Origin: Camelus dromedarius
Lineage: Eukaryota
Reading direction: 5' to 3'
Assembly (NCBI RefSeq): GCF_036321535.1
Contig: NC_087437.1
Coordinates: forward strand, 58,344,001-58,408,000
Length of the DNA: 64,000 nucleotides
The position numbers were made by a program, and so were the translations under genes. Below the pieces are notes generated by a model, which had not been told where the DNA came from, did not search any database, and saw nothing but the letters and a program-made list of their open reading frames with translations. Below, in pieces: positions 1 to 10,900 of this stretch (positions are counted from its first letter, which is position 1; every line of letters begins with the position of its first letter).

Positions 1-182
1 TTGCGAGGGGTTTATTTTAGTCTGTCTATATGACAAATTAATTTTGATACAATAGTTAACACCAGTATTGACTTCTCTTGAAGTTTATCAGAATAAAAAG
101 TGTATCTACCAAATAAGAGTCTATAGGTATTTAGCTCAGATCACACCCCTGATTATTTTTCTAATAGACATTAAGTCAGGGA

Positions 183-239
183 ACACACACATGCGTGCAC
201 ATGTGTGCACACACACACCCACCCACACACGCACACACA
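183..239. repeat. Interrupted (CA/TG)n microsatellite
   Basis: acacacacatgcgtgcacatgtgtgcacacacacacccacccacacacgcacacaca. Confidence 0.8.
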
Positions 240-710
240 AGATATTCACCCTGGTATAGACTGAACCAAACCAATGTGTGTTTAGAGGATAGAAGTTGTG
301 TAGGAGGAGAACATGGTTCAAAACTAAACTATACCTAAACATCTTGGTAATACAACCTCCCTCGGGCAAATCACTCTTAACTTCTCAGTTGTACAAAACA
401 GGAGTAATGCTACCTCCCAATGGACTATGATGATTAGTAGGAATTGTGGCTTAATGAATTTATAAACTGTCAGGGGCTATAAAGATACGAAGAATATATA
501 CTTATGTGTATTTTTATCTTTGTCATAATCATAATAATTATAAATTCATTTCATCCTCCCAGGAATTTTAATTTTGCATTGAGCTTAAATTCATCTATTA
601 TACATTAAAATGGGTCTTTGGTTTAGGAAACAAGCAAAAGCTGGGGTTTAGGACACTCAGATGCCTTTAGAGTAAGATGTGGTTTTTGTTTGTTTCCTGT
701 TTCCCTATAG

Positions 711-812
711 GCCAACCGAGCAATAAGTATCATTGGGTTTGTGACGGCTGCTGCTGGTGCCTTCTCATTCCTGGGCTTGTTTCCAAAAAAACTAAGAGCA
801 AAATACTATTAA
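711..812 (+). CDS. PLAAT1: PLAAT1 (HRASLS) terminal coding exon, C-terminal hydrophobic anchor
   Basis: Polypyrimidine tract and acceptor (tttcctgtttccctatag|), then ANRAISIIGFVTAAAGAFSFLGLFPKKLRAKYY*. This matches the recalled PLAAT1 C-terminus; PLAAT1 lies tail-to-tail with ATP13A5 in mammals. Not in the ORF track because it is a spliced exon. Confidence 0.93.
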   Translation, partial: ANRAISIIGFVTAAAGAFSFLGLFPKKLRAKYY

Positions 813-937
813 TTTACTGAAGAGATATTGGAGCCGAAGGAATTTGCGAGGGAAAAAAAAAAACAAACCTGGGATGAATACTTATTTTCAATGCATCATT
901 ATTGTTTCAAATTCCAGTGATGGATGGCAGGCTCTTT

Positions 938-943
938 AATAAA
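938..943 (+). terminator. Candidate PLAAT1 polyadenylation signal AATAAA
   Basis: First AATAAA after the PLAAT1 stop (about 125 nt downstream); another lies at 1825-1830. Confidence 0.45.
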
Positions 944-2081
944 TTGCTTACTGGTATTATCTCATCTCTGAGCCACGGACATTTTTCTCCCTCTTAACAT
1001 AGATCTGCTGTGGCGGCTGAACCAAGAAGCAGGAGCCGCTGGAGTGAGCCAGCAGAGGATCTTAAAGTCACATCATAGTTTATCTTCTGTAAATACTGTT
1101 GTCCTTTCCCCTGAGGGTGACTATTTTATATTTGCTGGAGGGATGAAGAACCTTTTATATGTGATTTTGAAAGAAAGTTTAAGAACCTCAAATTGTTTGG
1201 GTTGATATCAAAATTCATAGTCCTTTTCTGGTGAGAAAAGAAACTGGGAAGTTCAGCATTTCATCAGGCAGCTTGAGGAACATTGATCCATAAGCCATCT
1301 GAGGGTGCACGCCCACCTCCTGGCTCCTGTGTAGCTGGTGGCGGGCGTGAATGGGAGAAAGGGGGCTTGCTCCAGTGTTTCAGATCCAGTGATTTCCCTG
1401 GAAGCCGCTCATCTGTCCGGAGGATGTGACAAGTAAGAGTGGGCTGTGGCTTCTGCAGACGCCTTTGTTCCCTCTGGATTTTGAAGTATTTCAAGTTTGA
1501 CCCTTTTAACCTTAGCAGGAGATCATTCAATGTAGGTTTGAGGTGCCGTATTTAGAAAACAACATCCCGTGTTACTTTTGAAGGCTTTTACTCTAAGTCA
1601 AGGAGTGTCAGGATTTTATTCTTGCATTTTGTTGATTACGTGTTGAATGAAACAAACTACTTTTTCATACCTGTCCAGTGGAATTCTTGTTGGCAGCAGG
1701 TGGGGAAAAGTGGATGCAGGTCTCTGTACTCCGGAATTAAATCAGACATTAATAACGTTCTGCTGAAAACCACTCTTCCAGCCAATGACATCCTTCTTGT
1801 GCTGTCATTAAAAGCATGGCATTGAATAAAGGAAAAGTTCAAGTAAGTAACAGGGGATGGGGGTGCAATGAGGGAACTAGGAATATGGTGGATAAAGTCA
1901 CTAAATAGAGGACTCAGTGCAAGTCTTGCATTTATTGAACTGAGTTAGCTTTTACTCCAGGGCCAGAAATACTTTACAATCTAATTGCAGGGTTAAGAAT
2001 AATCATAACAGAAGGGGTCATGTGCTACAATCAGGGCCAGTAGAGACCCCGTCTCTTCCTGTTCCCTAATTAACCCTTCCC

Positions 2082-2200
2082 TTTTTTTTTTTAAACATTT
2101 TTTATTGATTTATAATCATTTTATAATGTTGTGTCAAATTCCAGTGTAGAGCACAATTTTTCAGTTATACATGAACATATATATATTCATTGTCACATTT
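2082..2200 (-). mobile_element. 5'-truncated L1 3' end (about 120 bp) with TSD
   Basis: Poly-T, tttttattga and an L1 3'UTR-like body; flanked by taacccttccctt (2071) and taaccctttccctt (2201). Confidence 0.75.
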
Positions 2201-4267
2201 TAACCCTTTCCCTTTCTTATGACACCAATTCTGTTTCCATATAACCCCTGAACTCTCTCTTCCTCCACTGTTCCTCTGGGAGATGTGAACGCCTCCTACT
2301 TGGTAGCATGATCCCAGATTACCCTTTCATTTTTATTCTAAATTCAGTTTCTAGTTTCAGTTCCTTTTATGTCCTACTCTCAGCAATAGTTTAAAAAAAA
2401 AAAAAAAGCTCTTTTCCAGTATTGTCAAATCAGGGTGGGGTTGGAAACAGCTTGACGTGTTACGTCTCCTAAGGTGTGCTTGCTTTTTAATAAAGATGAC
2501 TGCAGAGGGCAAATCTTCACCCTAAACAGGAGACTTGGGTGTGGCAGAATTACCACACTGGCTGCTGGGAGAGGGAACAGAATTGACGACCCGGAGGACA
2601 TCCTGAGGATCCTCCAGTCAAACTCTGGACATCTCCACTCCAGAAGACGGTCCTGGCAATACTGGATAACGGTCACACACGCACTTATACATTAAATTCA
2701 CTTTTCACACACGTAGTGTTCAAGGTCCTAGTGGTTTTCAGCCTTAGAGCTCACAAAGTGAGCCATCAATTTTTCCCCAAAATGGCCACCCTTGGTGACG
2801 GGCAGCTGAAGGCTGTCCAGTTGGTTTCTCCTATAGGTGATCATTTGATATGTGGCCATGTTTCTTGTGCTTTTATCAAACATTTTTTTCTGAGACTAGC
2901 AAGCCTTTCTCTGAGTATTTTTAGCAAAGTCTAGTGTAGAATTCAACTTGATTATGTCCTGCCTCCACCTTCCAAAAAAGATGTGTGAAATAAAGATCAT
3001 CACCCATCAGATCCTTAGTAGGTTATTGAAAAAAACTGCATCGGGGAGGCTGTACATTGATTGAATAAAGATTTTTAAAAAAATCTTTTCATGCTATTTA
3101 AATGTCATAGTGTTATCAATTGAGTCTTCTCATTCTAAAGGTCAAATTACTAAATTCAGACACGTCAGCTCAAGGAAAACTGAGCTTCCGTGTGTTTTAG
3201 GTTGACACACATTTCTTAATCATAAGGTAAAAATCTTTTTGATCTTTTGACCTTTCATTGGTACCCACTATATTAGACATATTTTAAAATGATCACTTTC
3301 CAAGAGCTGTGCCTCCAAGAAAAGGTGAATAAAATGTAAATATTAAATATTTGTTTTCATAGGAATTTGCATTTATGCTGCTGGTTTGTGTAACAAAGTG
3401 TATAGGGTTATTTACAGCAACGAATTGCTGAAACATTGCAAACATTTTTTCAATCCTAAAGATGTCAGAATTGTAAGGACATTGTTGAATCCATACATCA
3501 CATTATTAGGCACGTAATTGGCACTCATGGAATGGGACTGGTTAACTAATTGCCTATGACCCATTAAAGATCTGTTTAATTAGCAAAATTAGATTTATGG
3601 TTACAAGGAAAGCCTAGTAGGTAATTTAAATGTTCACTAGGAATAAATATCCTCTCAAAGTCACAGTGAGGTGGATATATGTTAAAGGTAATAATGTGCA
3701 GAATATATTTGTAAAGGATGTACCCTTTCTTGTGGTCATTAATGTTCATCTAATAATTGAGTTAGGTTTTTAAAAGATGAAACGGAACATTAGGTTGTTT
3801 GGCATCCTGAGAATTGTCATGTGGTAGATACACAACATTCTGGGCCCCTTCCCTAGTAGTTCTTTTTTAAGATGAGCAATGCTGAATATAGGCCAACTTT
3901 TAGAGGTTTTCACCTGTCATGCTTCTTTGAGTGAAAAGCACATTTTAATAGTTTATTTCATTACCTTTTGATCTATTCTGGACTTTCTAGCTCACTGGCC
4001 ACAAAACAATATTTGGGAGATGCATTCTTTGGTGGAGTTTGCTTAGACGTTCGCTATACTCAAGCCAAGATTACAGGCAATAAACAGAAACTGCCATCAC
4101 TCTCCCCTTCCACATTTGCTACAGTTAGAACTGAATTTTCTGAAGTAATTTTCTATTCTTGTTTCTCTATTAAAACCATACAAAAGGAACAAAAAGAGGA
4201 ATTTTATGACCTTGGGCCAAGGTATATACATAAATATTCTTTGCAAGCAAATATAAAATTGTGACAG

Positions 4268-4307
4268 TTTATTGAGAGAAGGAATTTTTCCCCCAAATTC
4301 CTTTATT
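4268..4307 (-). terminator. Candidate ATP13A5 polyadenylation signals (two AATAAA)
   Basis: tttatt on + at 4268-4273 and 4302-4307, about 380-420 nt after the ATP13A5 stop. Confidence 0.55.
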
Positions 4308-4688
4308 TCTGTAGATGAAAATAAAAATTACATTGGTGAAATTTTCAAAGTCTTCTTCAATTTTTCTTTCTTCTATCAATGTTCATACTATTAATTTCAC
4401 TACCATGAAAAATTGTGCACTTTAACCAGGACAGTGCTATGCATTGTGAATAAAGTTTGTTAAAAAAAAGATATTCTAGGAAATGCATTTTTTTCTACCA
4501 TTGGATAATACAGTCAAAATAAGCATATTTAAGGTCTTTTGTTGCAAGGCTCAATACACTGAGAAATGCTCTTTGAATCTTCAGATGGAAAACAAAAAGA
4601 TAAGGGCAGACTCTCCTCAACTCCCTACAATGCTTTAGTTTCTTGGAAAAGGGGGGCTGGTGCTGTTATGAATGTACAACGATTCTGA

Positions 4689-4949
4689 TTACAATCTGGT
4701 CTCGAAATGCTGTTCTGTGGTTTGGCATCCCAGGTCGAGCTTCCCTTTTGGAATCTGTTCAGCGCTTTCGTAGCCTTGGTTGATGTAGAATCCACTTTCG
4801 CTGTCACCTGAGTAATCTGTCCTGTTTGTGGGAGGCCAGGTCGCATCTTCGGCCAGTTTCCTTTGCCACTTCCTATATTGACTCTTAGAATAGATTCCAA
4901 ATTCTTTCTTGATCAATAGCCAGAGCTCTTGATTTTGAAGGACGGCATC
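4689..4949 (-). CDS. ATP13A5: ATP13A5 terminal exon ~30 (coding part)
   Basis: tccag|[40 protein letters not shown]...EQHFETRL*; 261 nt including TAA. Confidence 0.95.
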   Translation of the reverse strand, partial: DAVLQNQELWLLIKKEFGIYSKSQYRKWQRKLAEDATWPPTNRTDYSGDSESGFYINQGYESAEQIPKGKLDLGCQTTEQHFETRL

Positions 4950-7900
4950 CTGGAAAATCAGATGGGGAAAAAAAAAAAATTAAATCATCCTCTACTTCCC
5001 ACTGCAGCCAGGTTGCTCACTGCCACCCTGTTCCCCCAGGCCTTCCTCTGAGGTGTCCCCATTACTGCCGCCCTGTGGCCACCGTCCTCCCTGCAGTCCC
5101 CATGAAGCCTAGCAACTCCCTGGGCTCTGGGTTCTTCCCCTTGAGAGTGTGCTTGTGTTCACAGAGATCTGCTGGAAGCTTACAACCTTTCATTTCCACA
5201 GATTTCCTAGTTAAATCCTGGCTGGTGATTCACTCGGAATTATTTCACTGCCAGATTGAAATGATAACTAAATAATGTATTCAAAAATCAATAAAAGAAA
5301 AAAAAATCACTGCTACCTGCTATATGCCACAGAGAGGGTGTCAAATAATGGTTTGTTGAATGAATAAATGAACTCTAAAAATCAAGTGGGTTTTGCATTC
5401 CATCTTGGGGATTCTCTTTTTTCCTGTGTTCACAAGCACATACAATTTTATGCATTTATAATAGAATCAATCAAATCTTGCATTCCACTTTTGTTTATAC
5501 TAGACTTTCTGTCATATAAAATTTGTAGCTACTGTCTTCTCCGTAATCACTTTTAATGACTATAACATTTCTTCAAATTATTGTAGAACTATTTAAACAG
5601 CATCTCAACTTTTGATCACTTAAGTTGAGTGTAATATTTTACCATTGTTGACTCTGCTCATCCCTATGTGATGAATACTTTCATCCATGTAAATTTTTTT
5701 TCTCTCCTTTTGGGTTATTTTTAAAAATATAGTCTCAGAAATGGAAATTTTCAGTTAAAAAGTAGGAGAAGTTTTATGTACACTGGATACATGAGATATT
5801 TGTATATATACATATTTTTTTCTTAATTTGATTTCTTTTCCCAAGGAACTTCAGTACATGAATCTTTTTTTAAAACTATCCTTTAAAAAATGATACCTCA
5901 GCCTTTCGCTGAGTAGGAAAAGCCATTTAGTGACACTGAGTAAAAGAAAAATGCTATAGGGGAAGACCTTCAAGGGTGAGAATTGACTAGAATGAGCAAT
6001 GACTTCCCTTCTCTCTTAATTAAGGAAGCTCTCCTGAAGACAGTCCTTCACTCTAAAAGGTCTCGTTGAATTTTAGAGCTGGAAGGTCACCTGGTCTAGC
6101 CTCTGCCAGATTATTGAGAATACTAGGGAGATACAACACATGGCTCTTTCATATGAGTCGCAATTAGAGTTAATTTGATGTTTTGCTTTCTACGCCACAG
6201 ATCCTGAGAGCATTTCAATGCAGCCTTTAAAGAATTTTAAATCATTCTCATTTCCCCCAAAGAGAATGTGTACAGCTTTTACAAACCCTTAATAACTATA
6301 ATTTTGGGGGGACAAACATGGTTGTTCTAAAAAATGTTCACCTGTTGAGAATGAGCCCCTTTATTTATCTCCCCAGAAAATTGTAAGAAGCATACGGAAG
6401 TTACTTTACCTCTACAAAGAAGGCCACACAGAACAGGGTGAGGGCTGCCACCAAAATCGAAACCCTCCATGATGTGATGGTTGGGATGAGCTGCAGAGAG
6501 AGAAATACCACTTTTATAATTTGCATACTTTAAACTTGAAAAAACTCACATATTAATGATCTTATCTAATTGATATATTTGTAACAACTCTCTGGGCATG
6601 GCGAATAGGCATGATTTTTTTCCACTTGACAGATGAGAAGGCCAGTACCTTGCCTAAGGACTCAATAAATAAATGCCAATAAGTAAATGGCAGAGCCAGG
6701 ATTCGGTGGAGAACTGACTGCCTCTTGGCCTGTGCCCCTCCCCGGCCTGATGACAGACGTGGAGCAAATGCACCCTGGGTCACAGCCATGAGACAGGACT
6801 GCTCTGGGGCCTCTGTGTCTCTCTCTTCATTTTTACCTTTTCAAATAGAAAAAGATTAAATCATTCAGCTAATAATATTATTAATCCTAATTTTCCTAAA
6901 GCAAAATCTACTTAGAGTTCATTCTTTCAGTAAAATTGACACATGAGTAAAAGAAACAAAAGGGGGCCAGAGGCTCAAGTTTATTTTGATAGAAACTCAG
7001 TGAAAAAATTTTGAACCTATGTTCCCAGCCCTAAATCTAATGACTTGATGAGAGTTGAACCCACCCAACCAACCTCTTTGTAAGGATTAAAGGCTATGCC
7101 TTGACCACCAGATACACTTATTTAATAGACATAAGAGCTACAAGTTCCCATGGCCGCATCCACAGCAGAAGAATAGTTGTGCAGCCCCCTTTTTGACCCT
7201 AAAGGGTAGAGAATGTGTAGGATGACTCTGTAAGGGAGGAGCTGCCTTTGGGACTAAAACCACAGACCCCCGCCAGTGTCTAAATGCTCACCTTTGATTC
7301 TCATCCCTATTCTGATGTGGGTTATTTCAAAGTAACACTATGTTTGGTTTTTTTTTTTTTCCCTAAGTGGAGACAGCCTTTCTCAGGGTTGTGAAATAGG
7401 TACCCTGGGTGCAAGGGTTGTTTGGAGAAGTCTGTAGGATACGGCCGTGGGTCAGATCATAATGGGGAACCTGGCCCTTCCCCTCACTGCTGCCACCACC
7501 CTCATCTGGGAGGTCTCCTCTCCAGCCCTTGGCCTGGAAGGCACTGGCCACACTGCCTTGGGATCATCTGCTTGTGTGATGCTCTTCCCTCTCAGCACCT
7601 GAGCTACTTGAGAGTGGTGACCACATCTTACCCACCTTTGTAACCCCGATGCCAAGCACACTCTGGAGCTTCATAGTGTTTTGAAAATGACTGAACGGTC
7701 TAGGTTTTCATTTCCTTACTGCTTCTCTCCCACAGCCTCTCTGCTGTCATACACAGCCTTCCTTCCGCCATCTAATTAATCTGTCTTAAGTGCCCTGCTG
7801 AAAACCTGCTCAGATATCTTCAGTGACTCTCGTTGCTTTCAGCACAGAGTCCAAACATCACTGGCTGCCTTCATCCATCTGTGCCTTCCTCATATTCTAC

Positions 7901-10900
7901 TGCATGGGTCTTAGCTAACCTTCCAGGGCTTCTTTGAAACAAGCCTTGCTTTGGAGTTTTAGCTCGGCCACCCTACATTCTTTTGCATTTCTGAGACAAA
8001 AGAGATTTGCTTAGCCTTCTGCTTGTGCTTAGGCTGTTCTCCTGGTTGGGAATACCCTTGCCTCCTACTTTGCAAAATCTAGCCCATCCTTCCGGACCCA
8101 GATCAAGTTGTATCCCCTGCATGAAGCCTCTCATGGCAGCCACAGGCCCCAGTGAGGCTGCTCCTTCCTATATTCTTCCCGCTTCTATTTGACACTCTTT
8201 GCAATTATGATGACCTCAGGTGGCGATGCCATCATTTCCCTTGGGTCTGGTTCATCTTTGAAACAAAACTATAGATTGGAGGTCAAGGGTCAATCTTTAT
8301 CTTTATTTCTCCCACAGTGCTGGGTCCAAAAATGGATTCAATAACTATTTATAAAGTTATTAAATAATTTAATAAATTTAATCTTATCTCAGTGCACCCT
8401 GGATCCAATGATGCTCACTGAACTAAAACTCCCTAAATGGGGAGGGTGTGTAGCTCAGTGTAGAGTGCATGCTTAGCATGCACATGATCCTGGGTTCAGT
8501 ACTTCCACTTAAAAACAATTAATTAAATTACCCCCCCCATTGCCTAACCCTCAAAAAGCAACTAAAACTCCCTATAATCAACATCTGACAGGTGGAACAT
8601 GATTGGCCTATAAACCAACTTTTTCTTACTCTTCACAACTACATTATAAAGGCTTTCTACTATATGATTAAAAAAATTAAAGAATTTATTATTGTATTAA
8701 TGTATTAATTTCATTGTATTAGTATAACATGGAAGAATAAAGTATCCAAACATGGTATCTCAGGCATGAACAGGACAAATGGACCCAACTAATAGTACTA
8801 ACAATACGAAAACACTCAGAGGCCAGCCTCTGTGGGATTGAGATGTGTTATTTGCTCTTCTAGTAAATGGGCCACTCTATTCAGCGGCCAGAGAGAATAT
8901 AAGAGTGATTGACATGCAAATTACAACATAGTCCCCCTGCACATGGGAGTCACGGATACCACGTACCTCCATTCCATGGTATATATCTTGAAAATCAGAA
9001 AACAGAATGAAAATTGTGAGGCCCAAGGCAGACATCAGCAGAAAGGAGAATATATCTGAAGAAACAGCAAACATTATTTTTAGATGCTAAAGGAATGTTT
9101 CCTATAATTTGGCACACATGTTGCAGAATCAATTAACTCTGTTGTGCAAATACTGGATACATCTTCAGATGTTTTGATATATCCTCATATGTTTTAAAAT
9201 ATGTTCTAATGCTTGCAAGACAAAGGTGATATCTTATAATCTTTCCTTAAAGAGCTGGGTGTAGAAGGCTGTTAATTAAACAGATACTAGTAAACTCTAT
9301 AAAGGAGTTACCTCCACCGAGGAGTCCTTGGGCTGGGACACCCTGCAGTGACCAGCCCATGCAAATAAATGGTAACCAGGGAGGTCTTGATGCTTTGTCA
9401 TGGCGGGTCTAGTGAGCTGTGCACAAATACATAAATGTAACAGAGGAACAAACCTGACTCCATATTGGATCTTTTCTTGAGCTCTAATCTTTGTGCTCTG
9501 TAGCCTGTGCTTAGTCATGCTGACTCTGCACATTTGTAAAAGGATGTTGCCTATAGTTTGAAATATACATGATAGCCTATTCTCAAGGCTCTGTCTCCTG
9601 GGTTTGACCTTTAAAGGTATAACACATTTCCATTCATAGATAAAAAGTTGCAGAACAGAGAACAACATTTGTCTTGTTGGAGGTTTACGGGAGCACTGTG
9701 ACCAGACCTATACTGACAGCTGCAAGAACAAAGGATTCTGGCACCAAGAAGTTTGCAACAACCAGCCACAGTCCCTCCCTCCCCTTTTAGTATAAAAGAA
9801 GCCTGAATTCCAACTCGAATAAGATGGTTCTTTGGGACCCTAGTTTACTATCTTCTTGATCTGCTGACTTTCTGAATTAAATTCTCATTCCTTGTCCCAA
9901 CGTTGATGGGACAAGGAATGTTGATCTCATCTGTTGATCTCCCTGTCACACAGAGAGCAGTGTGAGCTTGAACTCCGTGACATAGTCAGTCCTCTTGGTG
10001 GCACCTGACTCTTCCTTGTTGCCTGGAGAATAAGGTCCAAGATCTCCAATGATTGACATGCCAGGCCTTCCAGAGTCTGGTTCCAATCAGCCTTTCTAAA
10101 CTGATCTCTGATTGCTCTTCCTATGTGCCAAGAAAGTTCAACCACAAACCTGCTGCTTCCACAGAGGCCCATCACCTTCCAGCTTCAGTGCCTTTATTCA
10201 CAGAATACCCTGTGTAGATGCTGTTCTTCAGTCCTGGCAAGTTCCAGTTTTTCTTAAAAAGCTCAGTTTGTAACCTGACTATACTTCAGTAAAAATATGT
10301 ATTAAAAAAAGCTTGGTTCCAATACCACTTTCTTTTAAAGTCTCCCCAGTCCTCCCTTACAAAGTTTTATTTCATATGGTGTGTATCACACTCTGCTTGG
10401 CATGATCTCCATTTATGTATCCACTAGACTGTAATCACCTGAAAGGGACTTTGTATCTGCTTCTCTGGGACTCTGAATTGAAAGAGGAATTGCGAAAGTA
10501 GCACGCACATCTGCTGGATTCTTTCTCTCTAACCTGCCCCAATCGCTTTACTTTGGGGAGCTAAACTCAGAATGCGTTGTGCCGACATCCCTGTTCTTAT
10601 CTCCCCCACCCTGTCCACTTCGGTGTCCATCAGAGCTTTCAAGCACTTTGTAGACAGCGCCTTGTAGATGTTCTTTGATGGGATTAGCACCTTCAGGCCC
10701 CAACAACAGCATTTAATCAGTGTTGCTGTGCTATAAATGATTCTTACAACCGTCAGATTTATGAACAAGCAAACTAGGTTTTCTCTGATTTATTTTCTCT
10801 CTACCTCATTTATTCCAGTGTTGATAGTCTACCGGCCCCCAACTCTACATAGTTCTATACCAACTAGAAGTCAGAAGCGATGTCCCTCTACAGTAGGCCC

